Program-made: the position numbers and the translations under genes
Part shown: piece by piece, positions 56,410 to 64,000 of the stretch
Position numbering within the stretch: position 1 is the first letter of the stretch
Layout of the letters: each line of letters opens with the position of its first letter
Assembly: GCA_949358305.1 (NCBI GenBank)
Contig: OX442314.1
Location: 18,166,001 to 18,230,000, forward strand
Direction of reading: 5' to 3'
Source: Strigamia acuminata
Taxonomy: Eukaryota
DNA: 64,000 nucleotides
Notes under the pieces: model-generated
Told to the model about the DNA's origin: nothing
Database searches by the model: none
Seen by the model: only the letters and a program-made list of their open reading frames with translations

Positions 56410-59400
56410 TTACCATATCTTGCATTTGGTTTTGTCGCTTGAAGGACAATTGAATGCTCTGCTGAATTCTTCAAAGTTTGCCAATGATCCAAGTACACTT
56501 AAAATAGAATTTATTGCGGTTATATTTTGATTTTTAATGTACATTTAGTATTTTTTTTGGTAACCAAATATTAAATTGCTATTATTTGTCAAATACATAC
56601 CGAAATTTTGGAGGACTGTGGTCTCCTTTAAGTACTACATATTCTAAATATTTTGAATATGAGTACTTGATGCACCAATACTAGGAATTAAAATGTATTA
56701 GTATTAGTATTTAAAAATTCCAAATTATTTTTATTGGGGGAAACGAACTTGCGAAAAACTGATGAAAAATATCTGTTCAGGTGTAAAATCACGTAAAAGA
56801 TCTGGCATTTTTTCTGGACCATTTAGTCGACTCCATTTTTGATAAGCCTTGATTATAAAGAGTTAAGGATTTCGACTACAAGTATTACCACTACCTTACC
56901 CAGAATGCTTGTTGAACTCCACCATTGTCTGCTATGTTTTCACTTGCAGTAATCGAACCGTTTATCTACAAAAAGAAAACAAAACATAACATAAAACAAA
57001 ACATTTTTATGTTTGAAAAGACTTGTTAATTAAAATTGGCCAATTGAATGAAATTTACTTTCGTAAAGCTGGTTAAAGTTGGCAATTCTTCAGGTGACAG
57101 AGAGAACTTTGAGTACTGGTCAATGAAACATTGGCTTTTGTTTTGAAATGCTTTTTCCACTTCTGGTGTAAGCCATTTTTCTAGATTACCAAATTGATTG
57201 AATCTAGTTCCTGTGAATGTGATATAAAATTATCAAGATATTTTTTTTTGTTGTAAAATTCCATTAAATTTTACCCGTTAAATCAAAACCATGGGTTATT
57301 TCATGTCCTAATGCTGAACCCATTCCTCCATATTTCATAGCACTATGAAAATATTAAAACCTTTTTAGAAACTGATGACAAAAAAATTGATTATACGATT
57401 TTTGATACTATAATAAGTCTGCATCGAATAGTGGAAGCTGTAAAATCGCAGTGGTAATAACTGACAATAACAACAAGGTATTATAAATTCTCTAAGAAAT
57501 TAATATTAGTTGTAACTTACAAAATGAATTGGTAATTTGACTGTAATATGCATTAGGGACGAGTGAATTCACACCCCAACTAGAAATTTTAAGTAAATTG
57601 TCAGAGGTGAAACAATTTTCTTTTCTTTTGCGTATTGGTCTTACTCGACTAGATTATCTTTAGATGTGTTTAATAAGTTAAAATTGTTGTTGTTAGAGAA
57701 CATGAGCGAGTTTAAATAGTTCGTTACATGTGACGATCCAATAATAAGCTGTTTTGATTTTACAATTAAAAGAGCAAAGAGAAATTGGATTGGCTTGATT
57801 TCAATATCTTACATCTTTGTAGTAGTTCTCAAGATTTTCTGGATCTTTTGCCCAATCTGGGAATAAGTAATTGCCTTTCATATTGTCCAGTTTTAATTTA
57901 GCTATTCTTTTGGATGATGCATCTAACCATTCGAGTGTTTCTAAGCGCTCATGGAAGATGTCAATTAAACTTTGTGCCAACTCACGTACCTAAAAGAAAA
58001 TAGAAGAAAATGCAGTTATTGTATAGAATTTTGCAGGAATACTTAATAATATTTACAGATTTGACTTGTTTGTCAATGTCGTAATACTGGTTTGCATATT
58101 CAACCGCAAGACCTAATCTGAACCATGATGATACACTTTGCACACACTGCAGCCAACTAGAGATATATAAAATTGTTTTTTGCTTTTTTAGATGACTTCA
58201 CATTAGGCATGAGAACGGGACCGGGATATTCCCGGTCCCGGTCCCGTCCCGGTCCCGTAGCGGGATACGGGACGGGACGGGACCAGAAATTTTTTATATT
58301 ACGGGATTCGGGACGGGACGGGACCAGAAAATTCGGGACACGGAACGGGACTGGCGGACTTTCAGAAAAATAAAAAAAAACATAAAAAAACATAAAAAAT
58401 ACATAAAAAAAACATAAAAATACATTAAAAAACATAAAAAAAACATAAAATAACATAAAAAACATAAAAAAAAACATAAAAAAACATAAAATACATAAAA
58501 ATTTCGAGACATGGGACTGGTCGGGATCCGAAAATTTGAAATTTTCCGGATTCGGGACGGTTCGGGACCCGAAAAATTGAAATTTTCGGGATTCGGGACG
58601 GGTCGGGACCCGAAAATTTTAAATTTTCGGGACTCTGGACGGGACGGGACCCGAAAATTTAAATTTTCGGGACTCGGGACAGGACGGAACCCGAAAATTG
58701 GTCCCGTTCTCATGCCTACTTCACATATTCATAAAAGTCATTGAAAACTCGGTTGAGATATTTGGGTGGACATTGTTGGAAATCACCCGATCGAAGCAAA
58801 CAGTCTAGAGCAGGGGTTCCCAAACTTTTTAGCATCGCGCCCCACTTTTTAAGCAAGGTGATCTTCTGCGCCCCACTTCATCTACCAGTGCATTAAATTT
58901 TTAAAAAATATACTACTAAAAAGAAAAAAGAAATTTTTATATAATTTTGCATAAAACTGTATAATTTTTTATATAATTTTATATAATTTTGCATAAAACT
59001 TTGTATAATTTTTTATATAATTTTGTATAATTTTGCTTAAAAATTTACAAAAGTTTTCAAAATAAGCTTGTTTTATTTAGGCATGTATGATGGGTGCGCC
59101 TCACCAATAATCAGCTCGCGCCCCACCAGTGAGGCGCGCCTCACCGTTTGGGAAACCCTCTGAACTACAGTTTGTGCCTGGTATCTTGATGCTAAATTTG
59201 TACTCGCATCTCATTCTGCGCAGACGATTTTCTGATTCCAGTTGTTATATAGCAGTATTAAGCCTAATATTAGGCATTATAATGCTCAAATAAAGTAATA
59301 AACAACAATATTTTGCTACTACGCTGTAAATTACTTTTAATTATAAGTTTATTGTTGTTCATTTACTTTATTTTAGCATTATTAGGCCTAATATTAGGCT

Positions 59401-62400
59401 CAATACTGCTAAATAACAATTGGAATTAGAAAATCGTTTGTGCAGAATGGGATGCGAGTACAAATTTAGCATCAAGATGAATTTACCATGAAGATAACCG
59501 GGTGCAAACTATACTACCGGACATTAAAAGGCTTTGGAACTCAGAGCTTTGCCCAGTCTATAGAACGTTCATGTATTTTGGCAGTTTTCAAATATGTTTA
59601 TGAATGTAAATACTTTTTACCTTGGGGTGAATCTTGGTGTTCGTGCATTATACAACGAAAAAGTACTTGATGATAGAAAATGAAACTCTTGCAATCTGTC
59701 AACAGTAGTTTGCTTTTCGAAAATTGGGTTCATTAGATACAATATTTCTAAATTGATGACACTAAATATAGCTACGTTAAGAACAAATATTTTTAAAGGG
59801 TTTTCTAGAACAAACCTTATGAAATCTAAGTCATTATTTTCAACCATTGAATTCAATTTTATGAAATAGGGAATATTTAAAACTGCTATTTCGTCTTCTG
59901 GTGTAAAAATGTGCACATCTTCAAAAAGCTTATTCAAATATTCGACCCAATTAAACTGTTGAAATAATTTTTTTTTAAAAAGCAAATTAATTGCGTTTAA
60001 ATTCAATCAACATACATGAGTAGTAGATTTTTTAAAATCAGAAATCGACATTTTGAAGTAACCATCAGAAAGCTTTGACGTACCTGGCTCTAAAATCTTA
60101 TTATGCGTATATTTTTAGTTACTTTAACTGTACTATGAAAATAAAAATTGATTACCTTATCTGTTTGATATAAAAATTTAAGAAGTTTTTCTATCTCCTG
60201 AAGCGTCTGGTTTTTTTCGCAATTTTCGGAAATCTTTTTACACCGATTCAAAATGCCCTCCTTATTTTGAAATGTTGAAAATGCTGCTAAAGGTTGACCT
60301 AACTGAAACATGTCAAGTTATCAATAAGTAACTGCATGAATGTTGAAAACAGAATGTTGCCTGTTACAACTAATATAGTGTTGTTATTATTGTATAAATC
60401 ATTCATCACAGTAACTGTAAACAGCGCGCCAGGAGACCAATAGCGTCGTCTTAGTGGAGCTAGGAATTGTATCAACTCATTCAAGCTCTTTATTTTGTTT
60501 TGTGATTCCCAGTCTTGTCTTTCAACAAGTGGAAAGCCATTAGTTAATGTTTTTATTTCTTTGTGGAGAGTCTCAAACTCTTTAGTTTCATCTATTTATA
60601 AAAATGAAAAAATAATTAAAATTTTGAAATACACTGTTCTAAATTTTACTTTGTTCTATGCATGATAAGTATGCGTTTTGAGCTTTGATGATGTAATTGC
60701 TTGTAGATTTTGATTCCAAGATAGCTTAATTTATTTTGAAATTGGAAATTTGAAAATTGTCAATTTTTTTAAGACAAAAAAGTCAACTAACGGTTACTCT
60801 ATGCTAGTATAGAATTACTTCGCAGACGCTTGTCGATCAAAACTTGTTGTTGTTGGAATCCAGTCTCCCATTGTTGAGTGTCATCAACTACAGCATTTTG
60901 AATCCATTTACCACACGCATATTGGAAGAAGTTATCGCATGGTTTAACAGATGTATCCAATGATTCAGCAAGTCGGGCACCTTAAATACATTGTGCAGAT
61001 TTGCAATAAACTCGTTTAATGTTTCAACAGATGTGTATGTGTTTGCAAATAAGGTGTAGCCAGAAACTACTTTCTATTTTGTATTTGGTTCTGTTCTCTT
61101 TTTTAAAGGTTTGGTTAATGACACACATCTAAATTAAAAACAAGCTGGGATTTGTAATGCAGGGAAGCATTACATATTAGACTTCTAAACCCTGTCCTTT
61201 TGTCCCTAAATAAAACACCGAAATAAAAGAAAAGTAATTTAAAAAAAAAAAAAATTTTTTTTTTTTGCCAATATAAAGCAACAACAAACAAAATCCCACC
61301 AAAATTTGAAATGATATGCTGCGGAATTGTTGCATCCGGGGTTTGCTACAATCGGGAAATAAATCGCGCGGAAAACGTATCGCAACGTATGGCTCACGGG
61401 ATCCGCCAGGTGGCGCTAGTACAATGTTACAACTTCCTGTGCAGGACGGAAGTAGTATTATTAGACGGCTAAAAGTGCACTAAAACCGGTTTATTAATTC
61501 AACCGGAGGTCCGAGAAATCTGAAAATACCTTACAATACTAATATAAGCATGCTGAATTTAATGCCGTTGTCCGTTTTGCTCTAGCTGCTATAGTTTTTG
61601 CGGAATCGTTGACGACGGACGGACGGACGGACGGACGGACGGACGGACAGACAGACAGAACCGTTTCATGAGACTTTCTAAACATCAGGTTTAGAAGTCT
61701 AAAAGCAAGAAATAATTTTTTCTACGGAGGCCTTTCTATTCTGCGATCATCTTAAGTGGTATGGTTGATTAGACCTAGGACGATTAATTACAGGACTTCA
61801 CATCCGGCATTTGTTTGAAATCTAAGTTGTCCCGCACAAAAACGAAGTAAACACAATCTGTCGTCCCAATGCTCAAACTTTTTGCGGGCAAATGGCGGAC
61901 AATTGACTTTCCGCATTTACATTTTTTGCAGACATTCGAACGAAGTTCAATTTTATTTAACGTTTGATTTAAAAATAATATCTAAAAATATAATAAATTA
62001 TTTTCAGACTATGTTTAACTTAAACATAAAATATAAATGCCCTCTAAAAATCCAAATGCGGTATGTCATGTCAGTTGTCCGCCATTTGCCTGCAAAATAA
62101 TGTCATTTTGTGCCATTTTGGCCGGATGGTGCTATGATCACAAGACAGAATCGCTTTACAGTCTAACAATTAAATTGTGCTAGGTGTGAAGTCCTATAGT
62201 TAATCGTCCTAGATTAGACCAGGGCTTCTTAAACTTTTCCCACTCGCGACCTTTTTTGCCCAAAGAAACTTTTACGCCTTGGACATTAAAAACGTTCCAG
62301 TCCACCTTGAAGATCATCTGCAGAATGAGTGTTTTCGGCTGTATACACCAGGTAGTGCACAAACTCACTCATATGTTGTGATTAATTGACAAATTGACAA

Positions 62401-63386
62401 ATTGATGTCACACAATCACCTAACCTAAACCCATGATGTGAAGGTCCAAGGTTGTACATTACATGAGTATATAAAATATGTACTTTTCACAAATCAAACA
62501 TTTACTGATAAGTAAAACTTTTAAAATTAAACATCTATTTTTCTTTGGTCCCAAACTCCCAAGCCTTCCAGCTCCTCTTCAGTGTTCTGTCGTTGAGACA
62601 CAAAGTTCCAAACGATAATACATTTGTAATCATTTTTCAGTTTAGCATTTATGTCAGTTGGCGCCTTGTGTATTGTTATCTTGTTTGTTTTTGTGCGCCG
62701 GAAAAATTGTCTGCAAATTCAGCGGAGTTGCAGTAAAAGGGTTTTTTCTACATCTTGCAGTAAGCATTACCATGCCCATTTCTGGTAATCCATCCACTAC
62801 TTTTACACCTGTTTCATCTGTTGCAAACTGCAGTATTTTATCTACAGGGATGAGAGGAGTTCAAATTCCAAAGAGAATGGATTTCTAAATACTCATATTA
62901 GTCATACGACATATATTTTCTAACACCTGCTATTAGTAGAGCACATGGGATTGCCTCATTATTGGAACATTTACGTTTACGTTTACGTTTTTGTTTACTA
63001 TATTTACTAAGAGACATAAACATCAGTCAGGTCAAGTTGAATATGAAATAGTAAGTACTGTAAGAATAACAGGCTGCACTGTTGCATGTAGTTACGATAT
63101 TTGTGGGTGCTTTTCGTGTAGCTACAAGACAAATTTGTAAACTGTTTGTAAGTAATATCGAAATGTTAAACTTTGAATCCTTACCTAATACAATGATAGT
63201 GATGATTAGGGAGGTAAAAATAACAGCCACGACACTTCCAAGTAGGAATGATTTTGTAAACGTTATATCAAAACCTCCAATTGATATAGTTTTGCTGAGT
63301 TTTATAAATGTTAATTATTGAAAGGTATTGCGAGAGATTAAGTGAAATTTGACCTACCATTTGTTGCTTTGAGTAGCGGTCGACAT
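56410..63386 (-). CDS. M13 neprilysin/ECE-like zinc metallopeptidase, catalytic motifs intact
   Basis: MSTATQSNK, type II TM segment, KPCDNFFQYACGKW, PNAYY, GHEITHGFD, ENIADNGG, HSPPKFRVLGSLAN and CKIW*. Confidence 0.9.
58204..58718. mobile_element. hAT-type MITE with perfect TIRs and 8-bp TSD
   Basis: TAGGCATGAGAACGGGACC...GGTCCCGTTCTCATGCCTA flanked by CTTCACAT on both sides, with subterminal CGGGA repeats and a central A-run/CAT array. Confidence 0.92.
58811..59162. mobile_element. hAT/Charlie-like MITE (degenerate)
   Basis: CAGGGGTTCCCAAAC...GTTTGGGAAACCCTCTG, subterminal GCGCCCCAC repeats and a GTCTAGAG left flank. Confidence 0.75.
59183..59478. mobile_element. Foldback (long inverted repeat) element
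   Basis: Arms of ~130 nt (ATCTTGATGCTAAATTTGTACTCGCATC... / ...GATGCGAGTACAAATTTAGCATCAAGAT) around a short spacer. Confidence 0.8.
61137..61704. mobile_element. DINE-1/Helentron-associated non-autonomous element
   Basis: Subterminal inverted repeats TTAGACTTCTAAACC (61177) / GGTTTAGAAGTCTAA (61688), hairpin TGTAATGC...GCATTACA near one end, (GACG)n(GACA)n microsatellite at ~61611-61658, and A-run flanks. Confidence 0.7.
61776..62211. mobile_element. MITE with TSD and an inner inverted-repeat pair
   Basis: TAGGACGATTAATTACAGGACTTCACA / TGTGAAGTCCTATAGTTAATCGTCCTA flanked by GATTAGACC on both sides. Inner inverted repeat TTTTGCGGGCAAATGGCGGACAA at ~61879, with its complement ending ~62098. 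Confidence 0.8.
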
Positions 63387-64000
63387 GTCATCAAAGACTT
63401 AAGGTATAAATAATCAGGAAATGTTAGCAAATAATGCCACCTACTGATTAGTTATCGCATATTTTGTATTACTTATCTTATCCTCCTTCTGTTAATATTG
63501 CATTACCATAGTACTGTTTGCTTATTCTTTTAGTAACACGATTTTGAACCCATAAATTAATGCGATTATTGCAATTATTTTAATACACAGTTTATAAAAT
63601 ACATAAACAGTAATAAATTAGTGTTAAAAAAATTGTTAGTATCATATATGAAACAATATAAAAAAAATAATATATTCAAAATTTCAAAGGTTTTTCATAA
63701 AATTCCTATGTTTACCCATTACTTTTGAATTCAATCTCAATTATTTTTGTCATACTCTTTCGAAAAATACCGAATTAGTTAAAATTTTTTATAAGCATGA
63801 AACAGTCAAAGAATGGAATCATTTTCATACATTTTTGGAAAACCTTTTGTGGCTTTGGGTAAAAAATGACCTGGGTTGGGTGAGTAAGGGGATTTTTTTT
63901 TAGATTGGTTCTGCTAAGGTTAATATAATTGAGAATTAATGACAGGATTAGAAAATTTATGGAGGAGCGCTTATTACTCTTAAGCTAGGTTCACACTTGT

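Noticed and set aside
58157..58744. Several 66-139 aa ORFs with repetitive sequence
   Set aside because: Translations of MITE subterminal repeats and the A-rich array.
62530..62890. Coding-looking stretch in a neprilysin intron
   Set aside because: All three minus-strand frames stop soon after the candidate acceptor, the flanking exons splice in frame without it, and no domain was recognised.

Overview
Gene-dense, AT-rich eukaryotic DNA with many ~55-90 nt introns, most likely from a compact non-insect invertebrate, probably arthropod, genome (inference). Gene order: 3' part of an E(spl)/HES bHLH-Orange gene (+); about 5 kb of non-coding DNA rich in Su(H)/CSL sites and E-boxes, including a structured GC-rich segment; a 4-exon small UBZ zinc-finger gene resembling FAAP20 (+); Na+/H+ exchanger (-); beta-hexosaminidase with a tandemly duplicated promoter and first exon (-); G-protein beta subunit (-); lysyl hydroxylase PLOD (+) with an antisense-nested oig-4-like Ig gene; CRT-like transporter (-); UBE2J2 (-); B3GALT6 (+); ING4/5 (-); NEURL4 (+); and two tandem M13 neprilysin genes (-), one lacking its catalytic motifs and one intact with MITE-filled introns. 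The best leads are the FAAP20-like gene, a gene set matching the human 1p36 paralogon, the Notch-responsive enhancer array and the candidate structured ncRNA. All gene models were spliced and translated by eye. No database searches or folding programs were run.
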